The notes under the pieces were generated by a model. The model did no database searches. It saw only the letters and a list, made by a program, of their open reading frames with translations, and had not been told where the DNA came from. A stretch of 63,332 nt of DNA, the filler included, from Reclinomonas americana ATCC 50394 (lineage: Eukaryota): NCBI GenBank assembly GCA_048213135.1. It is 35 parts of 35 records of this genome, joined end to end, with 100 filler letters (N's around TTAATTAATTAA, not from the genome) between each part and the next. Parts side by side here need not be neighbours in the genome. Positions count along the whole stretch, not along the records: positions 24,003 to 25,742 come from AFZH01025254.1; positions 25,843 to 27,579 come from AFZH01025255.1; positions 27,680 to 29,417 come from AFZH01025256.1; positions 29,518 to 31,252 come from AFZH01025257.1; positions 31,353 to 32,357 come from AFZH01025258.1; positions 32,458 to 34,188 come from AFZH01025259.1; positions 34,289 to 36,016 come from AFZH01025260.1; positions 36,117 to 37,848 come from AFZH01025261.1; 27 more parts are not named here. One strand, written 5' to 3'. Below, one piece after another: positions 25,245-36,878 of this stretch (its first letter is position 1; each line of letters starts with the position of its first letter). A program made the position numbers and the translations under genes.

Positions 25245-25571
25245 ATGAGCAGTGGAGAGGCCGATTCACTGTCCGCGCAACTGCGCAGTGTTGCGCGCGA
25301 CCCTGCGCGTCTTCAATCGACCATGACGCGCTTCTTTGACTCGTACGACTCTGATGGGAACAGAACGTTGGATGAGACTGAGTTTGTGCAGGTGTGATAA
25401 CAAACAAACAAACAACAATGATGAGAGGCAAAGAGTGTGTGAGAGGGAGAGAGAGAACGCGCGACATGGCATGCTCATGTCCGCATAGACCCCCTCTCTC
25501 TGTGAGTCTCACTCTTACTCTCTTCTCTTCTGTAGATGGCCAGTGACTTTTATGCGCATATGCATGTTCCC
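25245..25571 (+). CDS. EF-hand protein, 5' exons
   Basis: FFDSYDSDGNRTLDETEFVQ is a canonical EF-hand loop, followed by a GT donor and a probable short second exon. Confidence 0.75.
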
Positions 25572-25658
25572 AGTGACCAGCGGCCATCGGCGGCGGACTT
25601 GCGTCGGAGTTGCGCTCACTAATCTGACTCTGTCTCTCTCTCTCTCACACACACACAC

Positions 25659-25742
<84 letters not shown>

Positions 25743-26501
25743 NNNNNNNNNNNNNNNNNNNNNNNNNNNNNNNNNNNNNNNNNNNNTTAATTAATTAANN
25801 NNNNNNNNNNNNNNNNNNNNNNNNNNNNNNNNNNNNNNNNNNCAGAGAAAAGCAGAAGGAGTCAAAGAATAGTGAAAGCTGGCGGGGAGAGAGAAGGAAG
25901 CGAGAAAGGGAGAGTGAGAGAGGGAGGGAAGGCAATACAACACATGGAGATGTGTGACCGAGTTGCAGAGAGTGAGAGAAACAGACTCTCTCACGGGGAA
26001 CAGAATGCGAGGCGAATGGGTTGAAGAGAGACTGAGTGATAGGGAAAGGTAAAGGAGGAAATGGCAACACAACGCATGAAGATGTTGTGTGTGAGAGAGG
26101 GCGGAAAACGGACGATGAGTGTCAATCAATGTCAGAGAGAAAACTCGCGGTATTTCTCAAGTCTCTCTGGAAGAATACCACACAGCCGCTCACGCCTCGC
26201 ATTCACACACAAGCACGCACAAACGCACGTGCACATGTGTGTGAGAGCGAGTGAGAGAGAAAAAAACACACACGAATGAACGTTTGTCTATTTCTCAACA
26301 CACACACTCACTCTCTCACACACTCGCTATCTCCCACTCATCTCGCCACACAACACACACAACACACACCTCAACAAACACGCACACGCACAACAATGTT
26401 AAAAAAACGGGCTCTCTCTCCCTCGCGCGCATCCTTTGTCTATCTCTCACACGCACACACACACTTCTCGCACTCCCTCCCTCCCTCTTTCATCAACGCA
26501 C

Positions 26502-26847
26502 CAATGCCAAACTCCGCCGCATACTGCCCATACTGCGTGCGGAAGAGCGGCGTACTGCGCCACGCAATCGACGGCCCAAACTTTGACGATCCCCCTTGCC
26601 CCGGTCGCACAGCGCCTTCCCCACCACTCCCACTAGCAGTCCCACTTGTGGCACTGCTGGCATGCCGCACAAGCGGGATATCCACACGCTCAACAAACGA
26701 CGAAGGCACTTGTCGCGTAGTCGTCGACATGAGCGCCATGTCGTCGCTCTTCACACGACGCACCTGCCGCGCCTCGGGTGCCACCATGTACACCAGCACC
26801 GCCACCATCATCACCGCGGCAACAGACACCACACAGATGCGTGACAT
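26502..26847 (-). CDS. Second copy of the probable aspartic protease first exon
   Basis: Nearly identical peptide to 15526-15871 (V>A change in RHVSS/RHASS). Confidence 0.55.
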
Positions 26848-26936
26848 TCTCGCACGATAAAAGTGATGGCTATGAAATGGAATCCCAAATCGCGCGCTGC
26901 GTTTGCCTTCCTCGCACACACACGCGCGCCACTTTG

Positions 26937-27384
26937 ATGTCACATCCATCGTCTGCGGCACCGCCTCCGCCGCCTGCCAACCGGCCTCGACCGCCTGCGC
27001 AACAGCAGCACCAGCACCAGCAGCAAGCATTGCCGCCACTGGGTGCGCTGGGTGCGTCGGCGTCGGCACCAGCTGCGCCTCTCTCTGCGCCATTACCCCA
27101 GTCGTCGTCGTCGTCATTAGCAGCAGCAGCAGCAGCAGCACAGCAGCCTGTGTCTGCGTCATCATTATCATCGTCGACGGGAGAGGGGAGATTGAGTGGT
27201 GGTGGTGGTGGAAGTGGGAGGTCGAGTGGGGTGAGTGCGGCGGTGACGGCGGCGGGTGCGGCGTCGTCGGGGTTGCAGGTGTCGCAGTCGCAGCCTGTTG
27301 CCTCGGCTTCGGCGTCTGTTGCGTCGGCGGCGGCTGTGCAAGTGGATGAGGCGTTGTTGCGCGGGCGGTCGCCGTCGTTGCCGG
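26937..27384 (+). CDS. Second copy of the MSHPSS... first exon
   Basis: Same frame as 14991-15432, with in-frame triplet indels. Confidence 0.6.
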
Positions 27385-28745
27385 GTGAGTGGCGCGCGAA
27401 GTCGTGGGGAGTGGGAGAGAGAGGGAGAGGGGGAGAGAGCTCTTCTCTCAGGTGCCAAAGAGTTATTCATTCCTCACGCATTCTCACGCATTCTCGCGCT
27501 CTCTCTTGTGTCTATCTTCTTCTTCGCGCTCTCTCTTTCTCCAACACACACACCCGCTCTCTCTCTCTCTCTCTCTCTANNNNNNNNNNNNNNNNNNNNN
27601 NNNNNNNNNNNNNNNNNNNNNNNTTAATTAATTAANNNNNNNNNNNNNNNNNNNNNNNNNNNNNNNNNNNNNNNNNNNNGCTCGGTCTCCCTCTTCCCAC
27701 TGTTCCCTTGTGCGTTCTGATCGCGACAGGTCCCACTCTCTCCCGACTCCACCCCAGTCCACCAACCTTGCGACAGCGCGCGTTTCCGCATACACGGCAG
27801 CGACGGCAGACGACGGAACAAAGCACACATGCCCACCAAGCGCGCTCTCACTGCGCGCGCCAACGATCACTTTACGTCCTGGGACAAAACGGCGTTGATC
27901 GGAACGCGTCACTCTTTCTCTCGTTCCTGTGAGTGGGTGTGATGTCGAAGCAACGTGTGCGCGTGTGTGGTCGACAGTGCACAAGGGAGATGACATGAAT
28001 CAACGAGCAAACAGTGGCTGCAGCACGATGGTGCTTGTCTGCTCGTTGGCGCCGTTGCAACGCTCTCGTGCACAATCACCACCAATCGCAATGGTGCCGT
28101 TGGGGCGCTGCGAGTGCACAATAATGGACAGGAGTGGCGTAGGGAGCAGATGCTGAGAGCGGAGCGCGCTCGCGACGTGTGTGTTGCATGTTTGTGCATG
28201 TGTGTATGTGTTCAGTGTCGACACTGTCTCGCATCTCTGAGTTTGCGAGGCTGTGGCGCGTGGGATACGTCTGCGTAACAGTCACACACACACACACACA
28301 CACACACGCAAACGTACGCAAGCATATGCAGACTGAGAGAGAGAGATCAAGAGAGAGAGGGATAGTGTGTGTAAGAGAGAGAGGGACAGATGGCATTCAG
28401 GGTCAGTCTCCTCTCTCTTACACACACACGCACACACACACGCACATGCACATACACATGCAGGCTGAGTGAGAGAGGGATCCGGAGAGTGTGGGCAAAA
28501 GGGGGACAAAGATGGCGCCGGCATTCAAAGTCAGTCTCCTCTCTCTCTCGGGCAGCGACATCGTCGCCCGTACATTCACATACACACCCGCCACGATCAC
28601 GTGAGTGCGCCCTCTGCCAGGTTTCCTTCACAGTGTCACGGTGTCGTGAAGATCGGTGTCTGAAACTGCGCCCGTATTGCGGAGATATACGATTCACATC
28701 CACACTCACTACTCGAGAACGGCTGATCGTATTGATGCAACAAGA

Positions 28746-29250
28746 GGGTGATTCTGAGAGGGCGCAAGACGGAGAGCACGGATCTGCATTCAGAGTAAAC
28801 AGAAGATACGTGCTTCTCCGGACTTCGACACATTGGTGCCGGTTTTCGCGTCACACACGCATCGGCAACGACGCGCCGCTGGTGCCAGGTCATGGGTGAT
28901 TCTAGGAGGGCGCAAGACGGAGAGCACGGATCTGCATTCAGAGTAAACAGGAGATACGTACTTCTCCGGACTTCGATACATTGGTGCCGGTTTTCGCGTC
29001 ACACACGCATCGGCAACGACGCGCCGTTGGTGCCAGGTAATGGGTGATTCCTGGAGGACGCAAGACGGAGAACAAGGATCTGCTATCAGAATAAACAGAA
29101 AATACGTGCTTCTCCGAACCTTGATGCATTGGTGCCGGTTTTTGCAACACATACACCTCGGCAACGGCGCGTCGCCGGAGGTGGCCACTGGGTGATTCCG
29201 GGAGGGCGTGAGACGGAGAACAGGCATCTGCGCTCTGAATCGACAGGCGA
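28746..29250. repeat. 148-bp tandem repeat, about 3.4 copies
   Basis: Unit start GGGTGATTC at 28746, 28894, 29042 and 29190, diverging progressively. Confidence 0.95.
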
Positions 29251-29517
29251 CGCACCTGAAACAAGTTGATTTTCAAGGACTAAGGCTCCTCGAAAACAAC
29301 GGGAATGTGATCAGGGAAGGTTTTTAAGCTTCTGACCTCTTCCAGCAGTGTTCCGGGGTGAAGGGTGAAGGTCGCGAAATTTCAAATGCACTTGGGTGCG
29401 CAACCATCACTGGTTAANNNNNNNNNNNNNNNNNNNNNNNNNNNNNNNNNNNNNNNNNNNNTTAATTAATTAANNNNNNNNNNNNNNNNNNNNNNNNNNN
29501 NNNNNNNNNNNNNNNNN

Positions 29518-30695
29518 TGGCGGCTGTGGTGGCACATCCACGCATGACGGTGCAGCCGAACGCCAAATCACCGCACCGGTTGGTGGTGTTCACGGTGGTG
29601 CAGCTGGCATCGAGGAATCCCGGACGGTACCTGGAACTGATCCAGATGTGGTTGTCTCGCTTCTTTGCTGCCCACGGCGACCGTCTGCTTCCGCTGATTG
29701 CTTGTGGCGATGAGACGACGGCGACGGCCGTCAAGGCAATGTTGGGACCAGAACGTGATGTTGGAGTGGTGCTGGACGATGAGCATTGGTGAGGAGGGAG
29801 GGAGGGCGAGAGAGAGAACTGAGAGGAGGAGTTGTCTGATATGCTGCGTATTTGGCAGGATGGTGGGCCGGCAACCCGACGACCCCAATTACCCACCTCT
29901 TGTCAATGCACGGTACAAGTATGGCTACTTGCTGCTGCGATGTGGCGTGCAACCGTTCCACACGGACGTGGATGCCGTGTTTGTGCGACCAGTGTGGGAT
30001 CTGCCACAAGTGTCGTCCGCATCGGAGCTGTACGATATCCTACCCGACATCATCTTCCAGGGCGACCTTTTTGGATTCGCCAATCATGATGCGACACTGA
30101 TGCTGGAGGCGACACCGAGAGAGCGGACACGCAATCCTTGGTCGTACGCGATCGCCAACAGCATATCGGACTTTGGACCGGTGAGATTTGAGACGGCATT
30201 GCACTTCTCATTCATTGCTCACATGATTGCAGACGGATACACCGGCCCACGTGTGCGCCGCTCACCAGCGTGCGCTAAGCATCGGCGCGGGAGTGTGGAC
30301 AGCACGCCCAACCGTGTACTCTCTGCGACTGTTTGCGGCTGCCGTGGGGCAACTGAACAAGCACTGGCCACATCTCGACGACCACGATCAGCAATTCATG
30401 AATGCGCTGGTAGACGTGCATGTGCGTCTCGGCCGGCTGCGCATCGACTGGTTCAATCTGCAGCAGGTCAACACCGTGAGTGGCATTGAGTTGCTGGTCG
30501 CGCGGAAGCAGATGAGCGACATACCGGAGGAGACTGACTTGATAGTGGTGAGTGCGCGCTGTGGGATGTGAGGGGTGCTCGTAGCTTCTTCTCTTTCTCA
30601 TGCGCGACCGTATGCGTATGCAGGTGCACGGATGCGGAGTCGGGCGAAAGATCGACTTGCTGAATAGAGTGCTGTGGTGGAAGCCACTTACATAA
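29518..30695 (+). CDS. Nucleotide-diphospho-sugar transferase (GT77-like, GT-A fold), spliced, 5' partial
   Basis: RYKYGYLLLRCGVQPFHTDVDAVFVRP (DxD), DIIFQGD, IGAGVWTARPT, HDQQFMN, and terminal VHGCGVGRKIDLL..LW-stop. Confidence 0.8.
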
Positions 30696-30777
30696 ATTCT
30701 TGCCTGCTTTACTTGCCTCTCCTCCACCATGCATACGTCATTTTCTGTCTATCACACGTCGCCACTCCCCATAGTCC

Positions 30778-31099
30778 TCACAGCTGCCGGAACTCCGATG
30801 TCATCAGCTTGATACGATCCCGCAACGCCTCCGCACACCCCTCCTCCACCAGCTTCTTCAGCCGCCGATGCCCAGGCGTGTGCTCATCAATCGTCACCTG
30901 GAACTGCAGTTGCGTGCAAGTCAGTGACCATCATCACAAACCCGGGCACGCACAGCGACGCGACGGAAATACAGACCTCGTATTCTTCATCGTCCACATC
31001 CTCGGCAATGCACGGCCAGCGAATCGTGCCCTTGCCATTCACCAACGCAGTGCCATCGCCATCGGTCAGAGAGCCCTCCCAAGAAAGCGTCATCTCCAA
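30778..31099 (-). CDS. Aha1_N (activator of Hsp90 ATPase) domain protein, last two exons
   Basis: LEMTLSWEG...KGTIRWPCIAEDVDDEEYE|FQVTID...LKKLV...LRDRIKLMTSEFRQL-stop. Confidence 0.7.
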
Positions 31100-31135
31100 C
31101 TACATGACAAGTGAGTGAGTGAGTCGCACACACTT

Positions 31136-31252
<117 letters not shown>

Positions 31253-31352
31253 NNNNNNNNNNNNNNNNNNNNNNNNNNNNNNNNNNNNNNNNNNNNTTAA
31301 TTAATTAANNNNNNNNNNNNNNNNNNNNNNNNNNNNNNNNNNNNNNNNNNNN

Positions 31353-31426
31353 GCGATCCGATCGCGGATCTGATCAACGGCGCCGACATCCGCCCGCCGG
31401 CTGACATCAAGGGCCAGCGGCGCTGA
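31353..31426 (+). CDS. 3' end of a bacterial gene upstream of the DUF1491 gene
   Basis: DPIADLINGADIRPPADIKGQRR-stop, 16 bp before the next gene. Confidence 0.5.
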
Positions 31427-31442
31427 ACCGCGAGGGCTGGCC

Positions 31443-31778
31443 TTGCCCCGCCTGACCAGCGATTTCTGGGTCTCGGCCTATCTGCGCCAGGCCGCGTTTG
31501 ACGGGCTCGTCGCGGTGCTGCGTCGGCGTGGCGCGCGCGAGGCCGGCGCCATCTTCGTCAAGCTCGATCGGCTCGACGGTACCGCGGCGCTCTATGGCCC
31601 GGCACCGCAGGCGCTGGCGGACGAGGCTGGCGAACGGCGCTTCCAGCTCGTCCTCGACGCCGATCCGCTCGCGATCGAGGATCGGGTCGCGCGCGAAGTG
31701 CGCTTCGACAGCGATCTCTGGCTGGTCGAGATCGAGAACCGCGCCGGCGATGCCCGGCTGGATGTCGTCGAGAGCTAG
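31443..31778 (+). CDS. DUF1491 family protein (Alphaproteobacteria)
   Basis: RLTSDFWVSAYLR...RRGAREAGAIFVKLDRLDG...LYGPAPQ...REVRFDSDLWLVEIE; intronless, with GAGG upstream of a TTG start. Confidence 0.9.
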   Translation: MPRLTSDFWVSAYLRQAAFDGLVAVLRRRGAREAGAIFVKLDRLDGTAALYGPAPQALADEAGERRFQLVLDADPLAIEDRVAREVRFDSDLWLVEIENRAGDARLDVVES

Positions 31779-31781
31779 CGC

Positions 31782-32357
31782 TCAGTCGCCGCCGCCGCCG
31801 AGCCGTCGCCTGACTTCCTGAACGATGCCGCGGGATGGCGCCCGTTCTGCGCCGGGGCGGGCCGGCGTCCCGCTCGGATCCATGGCGGGCTGCAGGGCGC
31901 CCGATCTGACGTTGCGCGGCGCGATCCCGCCGATCTGCTGGGCGAGCCGACGCGCCACTGCCGGCTGCAGTGCCCGCATCAGCTCGACCAGGGCGAAGAT
32001 GCGCTCGACCGAGCGGGCAGCCTCGTCGCCGAGACCGATCAGGAAGCGCGTCGCATCTTCCGGGCTCGCTCCGCAGCCGATCAGCACCAGCGCGGCGAGT
32101 TGGCGCGATGAATCATTCGCCATGGCGGCTGCGAAACGAGCGTCGCCGCCGAAGGCATCTGCCAGTGCGGCGAAGGCGCCTTTGCGATCGGACAGTGCCG
32201 TCGCGATCAAGCCGGAGAGCCGGTCGCCGGGAAGTGTCGCCGGGCGCGGCGAGGGCGCTAGCGCCTCACGGGCCGTGACGGCGTCGATCATGGCGAGACG
32301 CTTCTCCAGGCTCGCCTGCAGGAAGAGCGGGGTCAGCTCCGACACCGGCAGATCGGT
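31782..32357 (-). CDS. Bacterial DUF2336-like protein, C-terminal part
   Basis: Intronless helical Ala-rich ORF (LFLQAS.EKR...SVERIFALVEL) converging on the DUF1491 gene; as I recall, this arrangement is common in Hyphomicrobiales. Confidence 0.6.
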   Translation of the reverse strand, partial: TDLPVSELTPLFLQASLEKRLAMIDAVTAREALAPSPRPATLPGDRLSGLIATALSDRKGAFAALADAFGGDARFAAAMANDSSRQLAALVLIGCGASPEDATRFLIGLGDEAARSVERIFALVELMRALQPAVARRLAQQIGGIAPRNVRSGALQPAMDPSGTPARPGAERAPSRGIVQEVRRRLGGGGD

Positions 32358-32457
32358 NNNNNNNNNNNNNNNNNNNNNNNNNNNNNNNNNNNNNNNNNNN
32401 NTTAATTAATTAANNNNNNNNNNNNNNNNNNNNNNNNNNNNNNNNNNNNNNNNNNNN

Positions 32458-34173
32458 GCGCGCAACGTTTCTGTGCCGCGCGCCCCTTGGCGGCCACCTC
32501 GGCCGCAGAGCGTCCACGACCGGCACCCTTTGGTAATGCGCCTGTGTATGCGAGAGCGTGTTTAGCAGTCATCGTGGCAACAGCAATGGCCTGTTTTCCG
32601 CCCTCTCACCTTCACTGGCCAGAGGCGTTGCAAGAGGCGGCGCCGCCGTGGCCGCAGCCGCTGCTGCGGCTGCTGCTGGTGCAGGTGGTGCGGCTCCTGG
32701 GCGCGCTGCAGGGGCCGGCGCTGGCGTTGTTGCTGTAACTGCTGCGGCGGCTGCGGGAGCCGGTGACGCCTCGCGGGCCTTCGCACCTCCAGCGGCAGCC
32801 GCGCTGGCCGGGCCTGCCTTGCCGCCAGCGCCACCTGCAGGGGCACCAGAAGAAGCCGGTGCGGCGGCGGCAGCAGTGGCTGGTGGTGCAGCTGTTGATG
32901 CAGTAGTCGTGGTGGTGGTGCTGGATGCAGCAGCCGCCGCCACTGCGGCCGCACTCGCTCCCTGCTTGCCCTTTTGTGGTGACGGCTGTGCATTTGCCGC
33001 TGAACCCTTCTTTCCGCCAGCCGCTGGCGCCGGTGCTGCTGCTGCTGCTGTTGTAGCTGCCGTTGTTGCCGCCGCCGGTGGTGGTGGTGCAGGTGAAGCA
33101 CCCGCCCCACCCGATGGTGCCGCAGCCACCGTCGTGGCCGTCGCGGCAGCCGTCGGAGGTGAGCCGGCGACTTTACCGCCGGCCGCTTTCGCACCCGCTG
33201 GTGGCGCGGCCGGTGTAGGTGCCGCAGCTGCCGGTGCTGGCGCAGCGGCGGTTGGAGGCGCTCCACCCGCCACTGGCGGCACAGCTCCCTCACCCGCCGC
33301 CGCAGCGGCGGCCTTTTTCGCGTCGGCCTTCAGTATCTCCTCCGGGGCTGATGAAGAACGCGATGTTGAGTCCTCGCCCACTTCACTAGTGACTACTCTT
33401 CTCCACCCACCCACCCACCCACTCACCGATTTCCTCCACTTCCTCGCGCTTGAACGACGAAGTGGTGGTGAAATGAATCGGCTCGTCGACATACTCGCTG
33501 ATGAGATTGTCGTACAGGCCTTCGTCCTCCATAAAGTCCGGATCCTTGTTGTTCTCTACATAGTACTCCACATCCTCGCGGATATCGTCCACCGACTGTG
33601 GTGGCAGCTGATCATTGTCGATTAGTCGCAGCAGCTGCTCCAGTTTCGACACGTGCGTGTGATGTCTGCGACACACAACAAGTCAGTCATGCATCATCGC
33701 ATGGCGCGCGCGCGCGCACACACACACTCTCTTGCACAGGAGGAACCTTTCCGTCATTCGCTGCAGCTCGGCGAGCCGTTGTTGCACCTTCTTGCCACCG
33801 CCCTTCTTGTTCCTCAGTGTCTCCAGTTCCACCTCGAACTCTTGCAGCTGCTCCTGGATGGCCGTAATCACATCACTGATCCAGCTCTCGGTCTCCCTCT
33901 TGGCACGCTCCTGCGGATCCAGCTTGGCATCGCGATTCAAGCCCTCCTTCGAGTACGCCTTGGTCTTGGCCTCCTTTTCGCACACCTTGAAACTCTCCAT
34001 GCGCTGCACAGCCACTACAGTCAGCGTCCTCTCTGCACAAGTGCGCAACGTCGCCGCAACGCAACAGTCTCAATGTTCCGCCTTGCCTCCAACAGCTTGC
34101 TGTTGTCCTTGACATCGCCACTGGAGGCCCACGTCTTGATCTGCTCACGCAACCGTTGCAGCTTCTTGATTTC
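32458..34173 (-). CDS. CNOT3: CCR4-NOT subunit Not3/Not5, N-terminal domain plus low-complexity linker, spliced, partial
   Basis: [61 protein letters not shown] and [25 protein letters not shown]. Confidence 0.97.
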
Positions 34174-34288
34174 CTGCACACACTCACTNNNNNNNNNNNN
34201 NNNNNNNNNNNNNNNNNNNNNNNNNNNNNNNNTTAATTAATTAANNNNNNNNNNNNNNNNNNNNNNNNNNNNNNNNNNNNNNNNNNNN

Positions 34289-36000
34289 CGCACGCACCAC
34301 CACTGCGCGTGCCGGTCTCGAGATCGGCGCCGACGAAACATCTCGCGCACCGCTTTCGGTGGATCCATGCGAGCGCGCAAGTGGGCCAGGCGAGCGAGTC
34401 GCTGGCATGAGGGATGACGGAAGACGTGTTTGCGGCGAGGCAGGGGGCGGTGTCACCGGGGCTTGCTTTGGCTGCTCTGGCGGCGGCTGCTGTTGCTGGT
34501 CGAGACCAAGCTCCTCCAATGCCTTCTCCTCCAACGAGCGAAGGACGGCTTCGTTCAGGCGCTGCAGCTCTCGACTGGGCTCCGGTCTGAATCCCGTCGC
34601 ACTGCGCGCCCGCTGTTTGTCCTTGAGTTGCCGCTGTGCCTCCCGCCTCCTCTTGTCCAGCATCTGCACCACCTCCATGGGTTCTGGCCTCAGCAACGCC
34701 TCTTGCACCTCCTCGGCACGTTTCAGCACATCAGCGACCTGCTCCAGGTCGAAATCGGGAAACATGGTCGGATCAATCTCCACACCATTCGGCATGCGGA
34801 CACGATTCGGCGACAAGGACGCCGGCGCTGCACGCGAGACACGTTGTTCAGCAGCATGCAAAACAGCAACACACACGGCACTCTGTGCAGGCACACGCAC
34901 AGTGGTCGCTGTCTCCCGAGTGCTCAGACTGGCTGTCGTACGAGTCGGTGGCGTGCGGCGACGACTCGCCATTGCCGTCGTCGTCCTGCTCACCAGTGAC
35001 GCGGCAGGAGCGGGTTTACGCGCATGGTGATGATGGTGGTGGTGATGGTGATGGTCGAGTGGCAGCACAGCGCGTGGCTTCCCATAGTACAGTTCGTCGA
35101 GCTTGCTCAGCGCATCGGCACGCCGATTGCCTCGCATCACTTCATTCGGCCGAGCGCCCTTGGCCAGCATCTCCCGCTCCAGTTCCCGCCGCCTGGCGAC
35201 CACATGCGCCGTCAAGTCATCCTCCACCCGTCGCATGTGCACCGACGAGTACAAGGCTCCCACTCCACGCGACACTCCACCCCCACCACCACTAATAGTT
35301 GCCGACGATGCCGCCGACGAATTCGCGCTCCCGCCTGCACTCACCCCACCAGCCGCCGCAATGGCAGTCGGCGCCGAACCACGCATGGCACCAATCGCCG
35401 TCGAGCTCTGCGCCCGTTGCCGTCTCCGCTTTTTCGCCGCATTCAGCAATTCCTGCACAGCATTGAGCACAACACACACGATCTTTGTGTGATGTCTTGA
35501 CAGAAAGAAAAACCAACCTTGTGTCGGCGCTGCTGTGCCTGCTGGTGCACGGCTTTGGCCGCCCGCTCCACCGCGTCCAGCTTCTTCCGCGCCCGCCGCT
35601 CCACAAACTCCAAAATCGAATGCCGCCTCGCATACGCCGTCTCTCCCGGGCCCTGCTGCTCATCCTCCTCACCGCCACTGCTCGCGCCCTGATCTCCCGC
35701 CAACAGCTCCTCCAGCGACACAACACCGCCTCCACCCATGGCGGCCTCCAACTTGGCCGTCGACACCAGCTCACCCGTGCGCCGCGCATCGCGTCGCACA
35801 TGCGGCAGTCGCCACAACTCAATCTCTGCAATGTGCGGCAGAAGAGCCTCGCGCTCTGACCCGTGTGGCCCGCCTGCCGCGCTTCCGTTCATCGACGAGC
35901 GGCGAATCGCGCGACCGCCTCCACCGCCCCCAAAGAACTCACTCTCGGTGAAGTGCGCGGGAGCAGCAGCGGAAGGCAGTGCCTCCGCGCCCTCCTGTGC
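34289..36000 (-). CDS. Unknown protein fragment with helical and disordered segments, spliced
   Basis: Long coding-like exons (RRHSILEFVERRARKK; VEIDPTMFPDFDLEQVADVLKRAEE); no family recognised. Confidence 0.6.
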
Positions 36001-36116
36001 ATGGGGGGAGTGTGAGNNNNNNNNNNNNNNNNNNNNNNNNNNNNNNNNNNNNNNNNNNNNTTAATTAATTAANNNNNNNNNNNNNNNNNNNNNNNNNNNN
36101 NNNNNNNNNNNNNNNN

Positions 36117-36878
36117 TCCTGCTGCTGCTGCTGCCGTTCCTGTTGCGCCAGCCGCACCACCACTGCCTCCCGTGGCAGCCGCATCTCCACTGCCGCTTCC
36201 CGCCGCGTTCAGATGGTACATTTTGCGCATCCACTCCATCTTGCGCTTCCTCCGACGCGCCTGCACCTCGGCTTGCCGTTGCACTTTCGAGTAGTGAAAC
36301 AGGGTTCGACTGCGGCGCTTCCGCTCCGCCTCCTCCTCCTCGGTCTCGCCACGCAGAGCGCCCTCCGTCACCGGCCGCCACCCGTTGTTCTCCACACGGT
36401 CGTACCACCCGTCGGGACGCACCGAGGCCATCAGCGACACCGTGGCCCGCACCGTCTTGCTGGCCGACGCATTCAGATTCTGCGTGTCGACCGTCACCTT
36501 TTTCTCGCGTCGCGACACAGTGTAATCGCGCGGCGCAAACGCGCCCACATCCACCAGCGCCCCGTGCACAAAGATCTTGTAGTAGACCGTGGGCGGGAAG
36601 TGATTGCCACCCAGGCGGAACTTGACGTGCATGCCCACGCCCGGCTCCAGTAGCGAGGCCTCGGTGGGATTGATCGAGCGCAGCACCTTGGCCGGATCGC
36701 ACGACTCGCGGAACTTGATGAGATCGCGATACAAGAAATAGATTTCCCGGTCCACATGCGATCGCCACGCCCGCTGAATGCGCTTGGCGGCGCGATCCTT
36801 GGTGGTGCCGTAGCGCCGCACAAAGTCGCGGTAGTGGTGCTGAATGACAAAGGCCGCGGCGTTGGCGAAAGGCATTTT
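36117..36878 (-). CDS. MFI: MFI / C11orf65-like IQ-motif protein, partial
   Basis: AAKRIQRAWR, INPTEASLL, HVKFRLGG..FPPTVYYKIF, APRDY, GWYDRVENNGWRPV and KMEWMRKMY. Confidence 0.9.

Larger units (their letters stand above)
25843..27579 (-). repeat. Diverged duplicate (reverse complement) of contig 14787-16531; probable allele
   Basis: End-to-end colinearity, with SNPs and microsatellite indels. Confidence 0.95.

Noticed and set aside
31353..32357. Bacteria-to-eukaryote HGT
   Set aside because: There is no junction with host sequence, no introns, and bacterial gene packing is retained; co-assembly is simpler.
32558..33625. 355-aa + strand Ala/Gly-rich ORF
   Set aside because: It is antisense to the CNOT3 low-complexity linker.
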